Counted from the first letter of the stretch, positions 21,276 to 32,158 are shown. The stretch: DNA of 64,000 nt from an uncultured Rikenellaceae bacterium (GCA_964639725.1 CAZXFB010000001.1:180400-244399); one strand, 5' to 3'. The notes: generated by a model from the letters alone, not told the origin. Numbers and translations: made by a program.

Positions 21276-22619
21276 ATGGAAGAAAGTCGCAGAGATTTTA
21301 TAAAGAAGGCAGTCACAGGAGCAGCCGCTGTATCAGTTGGAGGTGTTTTACCCGGATTCAGCGCCAGGAACTACGGTGCCATTTATGGAGCCAACGAACG
21401 TATTAACATCGCTATGATGGGTGTTAATTCGCGCGGGATGGCTTTAGCCAGCAGTTTTGGGAAGCAGGAGAATTGCGAAATTATATATGTCTGCGACGTT
21501 GATTCACGTGCAGAACAGACCTGCAGCGGAGGTATTGAAAAAATACAGGGAAAAAGGCCAGCTTCAATGCCTGATTTCAGAAAAGCTCTGGAGAGTAAAG
21601 ATTTGGATGTAATGGTTATTGCTGCTCCTGACCATTGGCATGCTCCCGCTGCAATTCTGGCCTCAAAAGCAGGAAAAAATGTTTATCTTGAAAAACCCTG
21701 CAGTCATAATCCTAATGAGGGAGAGATCCTGGTTGCGGCTTCCAAAAAGTATAAGAATGTTATCCAGATGGGCAATCAACGCCGGTCATTCCCGAATATT
21801 GTTGCCGGGATTACAGAACTTAAATCAGGAGCTCTGGGGAGGCCATATTTTGCTAAAACATGGTATACTAACAACAGACCATCCATTGGAGTTGGAAAAG
21901 AAGTTCCTGTACCATCATGGCTTAATTATGAATTATGGCAGGGCCCGGCTCCAAGGAAAGCTTATAAAGATAATCTTATTCACTATAACTGGCATTGGTT
22001 CTGGAACTGGGGTACAGGTGAAGCTCTTAACAACGGAACCCACTTTGTTGACCTTGCTCGCTGGGGTCTGGGTGTTGACTATCCTATCCGGGTTACTTCA
22101 GCAGGAGGTCGCTACCGTTATCAGGATGATTGGGAAACACCAGATACTCAGGTCATAACAATGGAGTTTGATAATAATACCAGCATGTCCTGGGAGGGTG
22201 TCAGTTGCAATGGACGTCAGATTGAAGGTAGTGGGGTTGGAGTGATTTTTGCATGTGATAACGGCTCATTACGAATCGATGGAGGTGATGCATATTCTGT
22301 GTTTGATGTTAAGGGTAAACTTATTAAAGAAGTAAGTAGTAAAACTCAGATCGATGCACGTAACTTAAGTAATCCTTCCGGAGGACTCGATTCAGTACAT
22401 ATTAAAAACTTTCTCGATGCAATACGTGTAGGAACATCTTTAAATGCAGATATTCTTAGCGGACATAAAAGCACTTTGCTGGTTCAGCTTGGGAATATTG
22501 CCCTGCGTTCAGGGAATACTCTTCACCTCGACCCGGCTAATGGTCATATAAAAAATGACCCTGTTGCTGCAAAATATTGGTCAAGAGAATACCAACCAGG
22601 ATGGGAACCTAAAATATAA
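21276..22619 (+). CDS. Tat-exported Gfo/Idh/MocA oxidoreductase
   Basis: SRRDFIK, PDHWHA, YLEKP, GNQRRS. Confidence 0.9.
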   Translation: MEESRRDFIKKAVTGAAAVSVGGVLPGFSARNYGAIYGANERINIAMMGVNSRGMALASSFGKQENCEIIYVCDVDSRAEQTCSGGIEKIQGKRPASMPDFRKALESKDLDVMVIAAPDHWHAPAAILASKAGKNVYLEKPCSHNPNEGEILVAASKKYKNVIQMGNQRRSFPNIVAGITELKSGALGRPYFAKTWYTNNRPSIGVGKEVPVPSWLNYELWQGPAPRKAYKDNLIHYNWHWFWNWGTGEALNNGTHFVDLARWGLGVDYPIRVTSAGGRYRYQDDWETPDTQVITMEFDNNTSMSWEGVSCNGRQIEGSGVGVIFACDNGSLRIDGGDAYSVFDVKGKLIKEVSSKTQIDARNLSNPSGGLDSVHIKNFLDAIRVGTSLNADILSGHKSTLLVQLGNIALRSGNTLHLDPANGHIKNDPVAAKYWSREYQPGWEPKI

Positions 22620-22859
22620 TTTTGAGGAGACTAATTTATTGATTTAAGGATATATGTAATCAAGCAACGAAAAACTAATGTTTGATTAAATAATGATTTT
22701 GAAATAACTGTTCTTCTTTTTTCATTGAATGGTTATTAAGTTGAAATATTATATTTGTTGAATAATTTGCAGAGTGGATAAGTACCAGACCTGAATATGT
22801 AATATCATTATCTATCTCAGTATTGAATTGTTTAGTACGTAAATTGTAAATATTAAAAC

Positions 22860-24203
22860 ATGAGAAATAAAATTGAAGTTGTAAATGTCGGATCTCTATC
22901 AACACGCCAGGTAGTCTTGTCAATAATGATTATAGCGTTGTTGTTTTTTATTTTTGGTTTTTCCACATGGATAAACGCTATTCTGATTCCTTATTTTAAA
23001 ATTTCATGCGAGCTTAATAATGTACAGTCTCTGCTGGTGGCGTTTGCATTTTATATTGCATATTTTGTGATGGCAATACCTGCCGCACATTTATTGGAGA
23101 AGGTCGGTTTTAAGAAAGGGATAATGTTTGGTTTCTGGATTATGGCCCTTGGTGCGCTTATCTTTGTACCTGCTGCATTAACAAGAACTTATGGTTTATT
23201 CCTTATGGGGCTATTTTCGATTGGCACAGGTCTGGCGATACTTCAGCCTGCAGCAAATACCTATATTACAATGATAGGTTCGAAAGAGAGAGCAGCCCAG
23301 AGAATGAGTATTATGGGTGTCTGTAACAAAACTGCAGGTATAATTGCTCCGTTGTTGCTAGCCGCAGTAATACTGAGACCTACAGATACTGAGTTGTTCA
23401 AGCAGATCCCTTTAATGGATGAGGTAACACGAAATGCCGCATTGGATGAATTGATTCAAAGAGTGATCGTACCTTATGCAAGTATGGCCGTTGTTCTTTT
23501 CGGACTTGGCTTGATGATCAGGTATTCAATTTTGCCGGAGATAGATACAAATAATGAAAATACTTCAGTGGCTGATGCAAATTCCGGCAAAACAAGTATA
23601 ATTCAGTTTCCACATCTTATTCTTGGTGCTGTGGCTATATTCCTTCATGTTGGATCCCAGGTAACTGGTATCAATACTGTAATTGGTTATGCACAGTCAC
23701 TTGATTTACCTTTGCTGGAAGCTAAAGTATTCCCTTCTTATATTCTGGGTGTTACAATGTTTGGATTTTTAATGGGTATAGTCCTTATTCCTAAATTTAT
23801 AAATCACCTTAGTATATTGCGCATTTGTACATCATCCGCCCTGTTACTTACACTGGTTTTTTTCATGGTACATGGTAATTTGGTCACGTTTCTGGGACAT
23901 ACAGCCGACCTTTCTATCTGGTTACTTGTAATACTGGGCCTTTCTAATTCTTTGATGTGGTCAGCAATATGGCCACTGGCACTGAACGGATTAGGTAGAT
24001 TTACTAAAATGGGAGGCTCTATCCTCATTATGGGACTTTGTGGAAGTGCAATTGTTCCAATTTTTTATGGGTATTTTGCAGATAAATTTAGTCCGCACAT
24101 TGCATATTGGGTTTTGGTTCCTTGTTATATCTACCTGCTGTTCTATGCATTTTATGGTTATCGTATTAAAAGCTGGTCATTTAAGAAATCCGCAGGCATG
24201 TAA
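22860..24203 (+). CDS. Sugar:H+ symporter, MFS (FucP/GluP-like)
   Basis: FFIFGFSTWINAILIP, AFYIAYFVMAIPA, NSLMWSAIWPL. Confidence 0.88.
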   Translation: MRNKIEVVNVGSLSTRQVVLSIMIIALLFFIFGFSTWINAILIPYFKISCELNNVQSLLVAFAFYIAYFVMAIPAAHLLEKVGFKKGIMFGFWIMALGALIFVPAALTRTYGLFLMGLFSIGTGLAILQPAANTYITMIGSKERAAQRMSIMGVCNKTAGIIAPLLLAAVILRPTDTELFKQIPLMDEVTRNAALDELIQRVIVPYASMAVVLFGLGLMIRYSILPEIDTNNENTSVADANSGKTSIIQFPHLILGAVAIFLHVGSQVTGINTVIGYAQSLDLPLLEAKVFPSYILGVTMFGFLMGIVLIPKFINHLSILRICTSSALLLTLVFFMVHGNLVTFLGHTADLSIWLLVILGLSNSLMWSAIWPLALNGLGRFTKMGGSILIMGLCGSAIVPIFYGYFADKFSPHIAYWVLVPCYIYLLFYAFYGYRIKSWSFKKSAGM

Positions 24204-24315
24204 CCCATAATAGGCAGAAAAGTTATCTGAGTTCATGATCAGATTAAAGCAATGAGTTTCTGAAAAATATATCAGTTGAACCAGTAAGAAATTTTCATAA
24301 CCAAGGCCCGGTTCT
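24185..24315. repeat. 131-bp direct repeat, copy 1
   Basis: Matches 25159-25289 with two mismatches. Confidence 0.95.
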
Positions 24316-24429
24316 ACCGTTTTGAGAGGCTTTTAGTCACTTGAAAATATAACTATTTGATAAGTGGCAAATAATAGAAATATTTAATGTAAATATGGGT
24401 GTCGCTCCATTCTTGATAACCGAATTCGA

Positions 24430-24624
24430 GAGATTCCTCGCTGACACCTTCGCTTCTCTCTGGGTTTCAGCTCGGAATGACATAGCGAGAGTGTGGTAGA
24501 GGAGGGAAAGAAGTGGCGATTCGCAAACTCTGCTTTGGCCCTCTTCGATATTTAAGAGAATCGCCACTTCTTTCCCCCAAACAATATAACAAATTGTCAT
24601 CCCGAAGCGCCAGCGAGGGATCTC
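24430..24624. repeat. Nested palindromic (REP-like) element
   Basis: Perfect 19-bp inverted repeat GGGAAAGAAGTGGCGATTC (24504-24522 and 24558-24576) inside outer arms GAGATTCCTCGCTG..CGGAATGACA / TGTCATCCCG..CAGCGAGGGATCTC. Confidence 0.8.
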
Positions 24625-24765
24625 CTGCACCAGTTTTGAATTTAAAAATAATTTCCGTTTCAAGCATTTCATAATTTTTTGTCAAGTATTATTCATTCCG
24701 GACACTCAATTAAAAATATATGTAATTTGGAGCTCATAACTGATTCGTCAATATTCTGCTAATCA

Positions 24766-25074
24766 ATGAGAATCCATCTATATTATGTTTATATATTAAC
24801 AAATTCACATCATAATGTTCTTTATACTGGAGTTACTAATGACTTAGAGAGAAGGTGTTATGAACATAAAAAGAAGAAAATAAAGGGATTTACACAGAAA
24901 TATAATGTTGATAAACTGATTTATTTTGAAAGGTTTGATTCAATAGATTCAGCTATTGCCAGGGAAAAACAGATTAAAGGGTTTTCCAGAGCAAAAAAAC
25001 TGGCACTCATTAATAAGGTTAATAATGAGTGGAAGGAATTATCGCATACAGGATTATATAAGACTCGATTGTAA
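24766..25074 (+). CDS. GIY-YIG nuclease family protein
   Basis: YYVYIL..VLYTGVTNDLERR..EH, AIAREKQIKG. Confidence 0.92.
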   Translation: MRIHLYYVYILTNSHHNVLYTGVTNDLERRCYEHKKKKIKGFTQKYNVDKLIYFERFDSIDSAIAREKQIKGFSRAKKLALINKVNNEWKELSHTGLYKTRL

Positions 25075-25158
25075 TTTATTAATGTCAGTAATGAGAAGTT
25101 TTAAATTTTTATTTTTTCTTTCTAACTTAACTTGCGTCTCTTTCGCACAAAGCAGGGT

Positions 25159-25289
25159 GAAATCCGCAGGCATGTAACCCATAATAGGCAGAAAAGTTAT
25201 CTGAGTTCAGGATCAGATAAAAGCAATGAGTTTCTGAAAAATATATCAGTTGAACCAGTAAGAAATTTTCATAACCAAGGCCCGGTTCT
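25159..25289. repeat. 131-bp direct repeat, copy 2
   Basis: Matches 24185-24315. Confidence 0.95.
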
Positions 25290-27477
25290 TCTCAACCATG
25301 TATTCGGGGAAGTAGTTATCTGTATAGACTATGAAGAAATCGGAAACCGGTTTGTAACGCCATTGAAAGCGTGCATTAATATTTAAATTGTCAGCCTGCT
25401 GGTTATATTGGACATAAGTGCTGAAGAATAACTTATCTGTAAAAGTTATATCAACCTTTGTACCTAAAAGCCATAACTCTGACCGTCCCCATGGTTCAGG
25501 CAGAATAAGATGATTATAGCTGTAAATCAGCGATATATAGCCGTATGGCTGAACCCGGTAATTAAAATTACCTTCAGCAAACCATCGCTTCCCGTTATAA
25601 TAACCGCCATAACCTGAATGTATAATGTACTTAAAGAGCTTGCTGTTATCAGATATGAAATTCATTTCGAATCCATACCATTTATAAATGCTTCCAGCTT
25701 TTAAATAGTGTTCTCCTCTTTTTGAAGGATCATAATCTTTCTGAAGCATTATGTACCAAATGTTGTTTTTGATATCCAGATGAGACCGATCCTTGAATTG
25801 CAAAATAATATCAGCGTTTATCTGGCGGTCAGTCAGATTCATGTTGCCGGGAGAATATAAATTATTTAATTCAGTAAGAAATCCGATTGATTCAATATGT
25901 GTGCTTTTTGGAAGATATTTCAGAGTAGATCTGGGATTTATTCTTAAGAAATCAGTTCTGGGAACATATCCTGTTTCAGCATTGAAATCTCTACCGACGT
26001 AAGATTGTTTCATCTCCAGAAGATATGACTTCCTGGAATATATCAGGTCGATACCTTGCGCATACTCTTCTGCTGCTGTTTTACCAGGCGTAAAGGATTT
26101 TTGTCCAAAAAACTTGGTATTGAGGAAGTTATTGCGGCTTGACAGGTTATATTCCAATCCTGCAACACGGTTATACTGGTTACCCATAAAATCTGCCGGA
26201 GTATTGATCTGTTCTTTGTTCACAAAGATCATACCCACATGCGATCTTGCAAAGACCTTTTTCTGAACTGTTGTAACGAAAAAATTTCTGGCTAACAAAT
26301 CTCCTTCTGTTCCTGTTTGCATATCCATCAGCCCAACACGCCAGTCATTTCCTATTTTACCGCTTAATCTGGCTCCGCCGATTACTGGCGCATCAAGGCC
26401 TATCCTGCGTGAAAAGAAGGGACGGATATTCTGAATTCCAAAATTGCCAAAAAGATCACTATTCTCCAGGAAAAACTGTCTCTTTTCAGGAAAGTATAAT
26501 TCATAACGGTCAAGATTTGTGACCTGATCATCAACTTCAGCCTGTGAAAAATCAGGATTATATGTTAAGTCAAGATTAAGTGAGGTTGAAAGTCCAACCT
26601 TTGCATCAAATCCAAAATTGTATTTATATTTAATATCTTCTTTTTTTTCAATGTTTTGTGATGCGCTCCCGTTTAAATATGGGATGACTGACAATCTTAA
26701 TCCTGACCTGGGTGGAGGGGTTTCCCATAAAAGTTGTCCCGCATATGCAAGAGTAGCGGTTGCAAATTGACGCGGAACTGGTGCCCAGGCTGATTTTTCA
26801 TTCAGTTTCATATCATTACGGGATATCTGAATGCCCCAATGATCAACACCTGTTTTGTACCTGATGGATTTAAATGGAATACGCACCTCACCTGTCCACT
26901 TGTCACTGTAATTCTTTGTTATTGACTCCCATTTACAGTCCCACATCGTGTTATTAACATTCCCGTCGCTTATAGATCCGTCTCGCTGTGCACCGGCTGC
27001 ATTTATTCCAAGAGAATAACCGGTTGTCTGATCGTTGAAAGGATCAATATAGATCATAAAATTATCATTGCTGGTAAACACAAAATCGCGACGCAATGAC
27101 TCAACAGGTCTTTTGCCGGGAATGGTGTCATGAAAAATAAAGGCAAGGTAAAATGCCTTTTCATCATATGTCATCATAACTTCAGATTTCGCCACGCTAT
27201 GTCCGGTATCATATGGCAGTACCATATGAGAAAGATTCACTGCATTACTATTGAGCCAGTCCTTCTCCTCAATAATTCCATCAAGCTTAATTTCACCAGT
27301 ACTCCTTTTGACCCTGAATTTATAATCTTTATTTATTGAATTGGATATATCGGTGTTCTGTTTTTTTGTAATGATTGGGTTTTTACCGGTTGAGTCTGTT
27401 TCAATACTGAATGCACCTACCTTTACCGGAAATAGAAAATGAATCGTAATGAGTATTATGATAATGCTTTTGAACAT
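25246..27477 (-). CDS. CBM9-like / DUF5916 outer-membrane protein
   Basis: IKLDGIIEEKDW, NPDFSQAEVD, FPEKRQFFLE, FFSRRIG, C-terminal SYWFN. Confidence 0.8.
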   Translation of the reverse strand: MFKSIIIILITIHFLFPVKVGAFSIETDSTGKNPIITKKQNTDISNSINKDYKFRVKRSTGEIKLDGIIEEKDWLNSNAVNLSHMVLPYDTGHSVAKSEVMMTYDEKAFYLAFIFHDTIPGKRPVESLRRDFVFTSNDNFMIYIDPFNDQTTGYSLGINAAGAQRDGSISDGNVNNTMWDCKWESITKNYSDKWTGEVRIPFKSIRYKTGVDHWGIQISRNDMKLNEKSAWAPVPRQFATATLAYAGQLLWETPPPRSGLRLSVIPYLNGSASQNIEKKEDIKYKYNFGFDAKVGLSTSLNLDLTYNPDFSQAEVDDQVTNLDRYELYFPEKRQFFLENSDLFGNFGIQNIRPFFSRRIGLDAPVIGGARLSGKIGNDWRVGLMDMQTGTEGDLLARNFFVTTVQKKVFARSHVGMIFVNKEQINTPADFMGNQYNRVAGLEYNLSSRNNFLNTKFFGQKSFTPGKTAAEEYAQGIDLIYSRKSYLLEMKQSYVGRDFNAETGYVPRTDFLRINPRSTLKYLPKSTHIESIGFLTELNNLYSPGNMNLTDRQINADIILQFKDRSHLDIKNNIWYIMLQKDYDPSKRGEHYLKAGSIYKWYGFEMNFISDNSKLFKYIIHSGYGGYYNGKRWFAEGNFNYRVQPYGYISLIYSYNHLILPEPWGRSELWLLGTKVDITFTDKLFFSTYVQYNQQADNLNINARFQWRYKPVSDFFIVYTDNYFPEYMVEKNRALVMKISYWFN

Positions 27478-27633
27478 ATTTTAAAAATTGAACGTGCGAA
27501 TATATGAAAAAATACTCTATTGTTCAGGCCGGTTATTTTTAAGATTTAAATTATTATTCCGACGCACATGTATTTATGTAATAATATATTATCTTAAACG
27601 TCGATTTCTTGATAAACCTTAAAAAATGTTAAA

Positions 27634-28854
27634 ATGAATTGGTATAAAAAATGTAGACATCGGATTATTTTTCTGGCAGGATTTTCAGTATTTTGTCTTT
27701 CAATCTCTTTGACCGGAAACAGCCAGAAAAGTACAACTCCTGTTAAGAGTCCTGAAACAATGCTTTGTGTGGGTAATCATTGGACAGAGGCAGAAGGGAA
27801 GGCTTTTCTTGAAAAGATGAGGGGAACCTACACAACAGCTGAGGCATGGAAAAAGCGCGCTGTGGAGATAAAGGCACAGATACTTAAAGGAACCGGTTTG
27901 GATAAATTTCCTGCAAAATGTCCTCTTAATCCTGTTTTTGGTGAAAAACGTACTTTTGATGGTTACCAGGTACAAAATGTTGCTTTTGAAAGTCTTCCAG
28001 GTGTTTTTGTGACCGGAAGCCTTTATACTCCTCTCAATGTAAAAGGTAAAATTCCCGGAATACTGAATACTCACGGACACTGGTCAAAAAAGGAGGATTA
28101 CGGGCGTTATCGTCCTGATGCGCAAAAGAGGTTTGCAGTTATGGCACGAATGGGAGCTATGGTTTTTGCTTATGATATGGTTGGTTACGGACAACTTGAA
28201 GAATTCGGGTGGACACATAAGCATCCTGAAGCTCTTAAACAACAGCTTTGGAACAGTATCCGGAGTGTCGATTTTATTATTTCAATGGGCGCGGATCCCA
28301 AGAGGATAGGCATGACCGGTGCCTCCGGCGGAGGTACTCAGACATTCCTGCTTACTGCTGTTGATGACAGGATAGCCGTATCTGTTCCTGTTGTAATGGT
28401 TTCATCATATTTCTTTGGTGGTTGTATTTGTGAAAGCGGAATGCCTATTCATAAAAGAGCTGATTTTCAGACTAATAACGTTGAAATAGCTGCATGTGCA
28501 GCACCTCGTCCCATGTTGCTTGTTTCAGATGGTGATGACTGGACAAAAAATAACCCGGAAGTCGAATACCCTCACCTGAAGTATATCTACGGGTTATTAG
28601 GAAAACCAGAAATGGTGGCAAATGTCCATCTCCCTAATGATAAACACGGTTATGATTATAACAAGCGTGTGGCAGTTTACCCATTTCTTGCCAAACACCT
28701 GGGACTTGATGTCACAAAATCAATAAACAGTGATGGCACTTTAAATGAAAATACCATAACAATTGAAGATATTAAAACACTTTACCCGTTTAACGATAAA
28801 CATCCATTTCCGGCATATGGTGTCAAAACAAATGATGATGTAGTCTGGAAATAA
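27634..28854 (+). CDS. Alpha/beta hydrolase, acetylxylan-esterase-like
   Basis: GASGGG nucleophile elbow, GGCICE, APRPMLL. Confidence 0.8.
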   Translation: MNWYKKCRHRIIFLAGFSVFCLSISLTGNSQKSTTPVKSPETMLCVGNHWTEAEGKAFLEKMRGTYTTAEAWKKRAVEIKAQILKGTGLDKFPAKCPLNPVFGEKRTFDGYQVQNVAFESLPGVFVTGSLYTPLNVKGKIPGILNTHGHWSKKEDYGRYRPDAQKRFAVMARMGAMVFAYDMVGYGQLEEFGWTHKHPEALKQQLWNSIRSVDFIISMGADPKRIGMTGASGGGTQTFLLTAVDDRIAVSVPVVMVSSYFFGGCICESGMPIHKRADFQTNNVEIAACAAPRPMLLVSDGDDWTKNNPEVEYPHLKYIYGLLGKPEMVANVHLPNDKHGYDYNKRVAVYPFLAKHLGLDVTKSINSDGTLNENTITIEDIKTLYPFNDKHPFPAYGVKTNDDVVWK

Positions 28855-28917
28855 ACTAAATAGGCTTCATATTAATATTTATTAATTCAGTAATTATAAA
28901 CTTTTAATCCAATCAAA

Positions 28918-29982
28918 ATGAAACTACGTTCATTAATACTTTTATGTGTTGCTTTCATCCTGTGCTTATCAATCAGTGTGCAACCAGCACAATGTCAAAA
29001 AGGCAAAGCCCTTAAAGTTGCTTTTGTCAACAAGGAAGCAGAAAAAAAGATTGATGTCATGATTGACGGAAAGATCTTTACATCTTTTTTCTGGCCTGAT
29101 AATGTTTATAAGCCGATCCTATATCCAGTTTATACTTCAACCGGAACGGAAATCACCCGTGGGTTTCCACTAAAACCCAGGGCTGGTGAGCGCAATGACC
29201 ATATTCACCAGGTAGGTATCTGGTTAAACTATGGAAATGTAAACGGATTTGATTTCTGGGGTAATGGTTCCACAGGTAAAAGGAGCCCCAATGGAGGTGA
29301 AATCAAGCATCTAAATATTGAGAAGTTATCAGGAGGAAAAGATCAAGGAACATTGATCTCCAACGAAAGCTGGCTTGATCCTTCAGGGAAAGAACTCATG
29401 ACTGAAAGAACAGAATATCATTTTATAGGTAAAGGATCTGTCCGTATTATTGACAGGATTACCACTTTAAATGCTACAGCTGGTCCTGTAGTAATGAAAG
29501 ATACAAAAGAAGGTATGTTTGGTATTCGTGTTGCACGTCAGCTGGAGCTGCCTTCTAAAGACAACGCATTTCTTATAGATGCACAGGGAAACCGTTCAAC
29601 TGTTAAAGCAAGTGCGAACGAAGGTGTTACAGGTAATTACAGAAGCAGCGAAGGTGTAACCGGCGAAGCTGTGTGGAGTACCCGCGCTAAATGGATGGAT
29701 CTATATGGAAGTATTGGTAATGAGAAAATATCCATAGTTGTTTGTGATCATCCCAAAAACCAAAGCTATCCTACCTACTGGCACGCCCGTGGTTATGGAT
29801 TATTCTCAGCAAACCCGTTTGGAGCTAAGGATTTTACAAATGGGAAAGAAGAACTAAATTTTACAATTAATCCGGGCAAACCGGCTGTTATCAGGTTCAG
29901 AGTAATTGTAAACTCAGGTGCCGATCTGACTGATGCTGAAATTAATGCCTATGCATCTGATTTTGCAAAAAAGTATAATTAA
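28918..29982 (+). CDS. PmoA-family (DUF6807-like) secreted protein
   Basis: KPILYP, TRGFP, DHIHQ.G.W, KEGMFGIR, WHARGYGLFSANPFG. Confidence 0.75.
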   Translation: MKLRSLILLCVAFILCLSISVQPAQCQKGKALKVAFVNKEAEKKIDVMIDGKIFTSFFWPDNVYKPILYPVYTSTGTEITRGFPLKPRAGERNDHIHQVGIWLNYGNVNGFDFWGNGSTGKRSPNGGEIKHLNIEKLSGGKDQGTLISNESWLDPSGKELMTERTEYHFIGKGSVRIIDRITTLNATAGPVVMKDTKEGMFGIRVARQLELPSKDNAFLIDAQGNRSTVKASANEGVTGNYRSSEGVTGEAVWSTRAKWMDLYGSIGNEKISIVVCDHPKNQSYPTYWHARGYGLFSANPFGAKDFTNGKEELNFTINPGKPAVIRFRVIVNSGADLTDAEINAYASDFAKKYN

Positions 29983-30035
29983 TTTCTAATCGGGAGAGAT
30001 TTCTCTTCTCCCAAGTTAATACTCACAATTTTTTA

Positions 30036-30066
30036 TTCCCCCTCTGAATCGTAAGGAGGGGGAATT
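30036..30066 (+). terminator. Probable intrinsic terminator between convergent genes
   Basis: TTCCCCCTC..GAGGGGGAA stem with AT-rich flanks. Confidence 0.55.
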
Positions 30067-30214
30067 TGTTTATATACAACGCATTCCCTGGCTGCTTGCC
30101 GATGGGATATCATCCCAAAATCAATAAGGTAAAATGAAAGAATAGCACGTAGAGCCTGCCCCGATTTATCGGGGGCTTATGCTATTGTAGATACTAAGTA
30201 TAATTAATTTTCTA

Positions 30215-30853
30215 TTATAGTACCTGTTGGAAATATCTTTCACTCACTTTGTTAAAATATAGTTGAACGAGAGAGTTATCCCCTTTAATTGGTATAAAAA
30301 GAAGTTTTAATGAAAAACTTTCATCCAGAATAAAATAGTATGGAAGACCTTTATCGACTGCTGTAAATTCTATGTTATGCAGATTAAACACTTTAAAATC
30401 TATTTGATTCATTCTGACAAATTGTGACAAATCTCTTGGTGAATTGTAATTAGCTAAAATTATTATATTTTCCGATCCTATTTTTTCTGAGGCTTTTTTT
30501 AATAAAGCTAGTTGTTCGTCGACGCAAACATTGCAATTAAGAACTGAGTATTTGAATGTGAGCCTAGGTTTTTTATTTGCCAGCTGTTTCAAGAATATCC
30601 TGTTATTGTTTTCATCCGACAAAACGATGGTACTATCTATATTTTCAGACTGGGAATCAAATATTAATGAAAAATTCAGAAACATATTATCATGCTGATT
30701 ATTGAGATTCATAATGGAATCGTTGCATGCTTGAAGCAATAGTTTAAATTTTAAGTTTTCATTACTTTTCACACTTACAAAAAATAATAAACAAATATTG
30801 AGAAAGAACAGTAAAAAAAACACTAATTTTAAGAAAGTAGAAGGGATTTTCAT
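30215..30853 (-). CDS. Membrane-anchored CxxC thioredoxin-like protein (cassette 1)
   Basis: N-terminal TM, CNVC, LPYYFILD..LFIP; paralog of the other three cassette copies. Confidence 0.7.
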   Translation of the reverse strand: MKIPSTFLKLVFFLLFFLNICLLFFVSVKSNENLKFKLLLQACNDSIMNLNNQHDNMFLNFSLIFDSQSENIDSTIVLSDENNNRIFLKQLANKKPRLTFKYSVLNCNVCVDEQLALLKKASEKIGSENIIILANYNSPRDLSQFVRMNQIDFKVFNLHNIEFTAVDKGLPYYFILDESFSLKLLFIPIKGDNSLVQLYFNKVSERYFQQVL

Positions 30854-30866
30854 AATTAAAACATGG

Positions 30867-32084
30867 TTAATAGTTTCTCATTGAACAAATAAACAGAATT
30901 GGATTATCAGTGGGTTTAATATTGGCAAGTCTTTCAATAATTTTCTTTTCTGACATAGAAAGGCTTTTGGTATTCAATTCTTTGCATTTTTTGATTTGTT
31001 CAATGATATAATCTGGATCCATAAAAGTTACAAAGTTTTCATTATAACATGTATAAATCATCCATGGTGCAATACGTCCTGCAACATATGGATAAACCGT
31101 GGAAAGAAAAGATTTTTTAAGGCTCTTCGAATAATAAACATTATATATCCTCATTTTATAATCAAATCTAAAATAAATCCAATCATTTGTCTCATTAAAA
31201 CCCTCAATGGTATGGTAGTATAACTGGCCAACTCTCATTTTAAAATCTGCAAGCGAATTAAAACTATTAGGGACTGGTATATTTAGTGTCTTATTGCCAA
31301 AATCAATATTATACCTTGCTTTTATCCCTTCTTTATTAATTGAATAAATAATATTAGTACCGAAAACAGGATCTATTAGTGTCATGTTTTTGTAAGGTAT
31401 AAAGCGATGATTTTGAACACCTCCCTGAGTGCTATACTTTACTGGAAAATACTTATTTATGACCTTTCCCTTTTCCGTCATTTCATATAATGAACAAAAC
31501 TTATTATTAGGATTTTTATCAATTCCGAAACTACCTCCCCAAAGGTAGAAATTACCATTAGTAGCTACTGCGAATTCAAGTGGATTACAAAATATATTAT
31601 TGTCTGTTCGAGATAAAAAGTTAAATGAAATCTTGTCTTTAAAAGTACCATCATTATTATATTTGAGTATCTTTCTAAAATCCAAAATATAGATATTACC
31701 ATCTTTATCAATATCAAAATCCCTTAATTCAATGTATTCACCTGGACCTCTACCCTTTTTACCAATTTCATATAAATATTTGCCATTTATTTTAAATACG
31801 AATAGTTTTCCAATCTTATCTTTTATAAATATTTTATCTCCATAAAGTATTATCTTAAAAATTTGACTGATCAAACATTCATTTCTTGTTTCTATTGGAA
31901 TAATACTTAATTCTGAAAAAATAGAATCAATCTGAAGCAACTGTTTTGTATCACCTGTAATTTTAATATTTAGACAATTAGTATTTGTTATCATACTACT
32001 AACCTCCGATTCCACATTGCATGATGTAATGAAAATAATTAAGCTACTCAACATTAAGAATAGAAATCTGTTCATTTCATTCAT
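30867..32084 (-). CDS. 6-bladed beta-propeller lipoprotein (cassette 1)
   Basis: ITSC lipobox, IPIET, KGRGPGEY, C-terminal DNPILF. Confidence 0.85.
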   Translation of the reverse strand: MNEMNRFLFLMLSSLIIFITSCNVESEVSSMITNTNCLNIKITGDTKQLLQIDSIFSELSIIPIETRNECLISQIFKIILYGDKIFIKDKIGKLFVFKINGKYLYEIGKKGRGPGEYIELRDFDIDKDGNIYILDFRKILKYNNDGTFKDKISFNFLSRTDNNIFCNPLEFAVATNGNFYLWGGSFGIDKNPNNKFCSLYEMTEKGKVINKYFPVKYSTQGGVQNHRFIPYKNMTLIDPVFGTNIIYSINKEGIKARYNIDFGNKTLNIPVPNSFNSLADFKMRVGQLYYHTIEGFNETNDWIYFRFDYKMRIYNVYYSKSLKKSFLSTVYPYVAGRIAPWMIYTCYNENFVTFMDPDYIIEQIKKCKELNTKSLSMSEKKIIERLANIKPTDNPILFICSMRNY

Positions 32085-32158
32085 TTTAAATATAAACTAA
32101 CAAATAGAAAAGGACAATGTTGAGTCCTTTTCTATTATAACAAAATGTTGAAGGTTTA

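Noticed and set aside
28918..29982. Methane monooxygenase
   Set aside because: Soluble secreted protein without pmoB/pmoC; the family name is misleading
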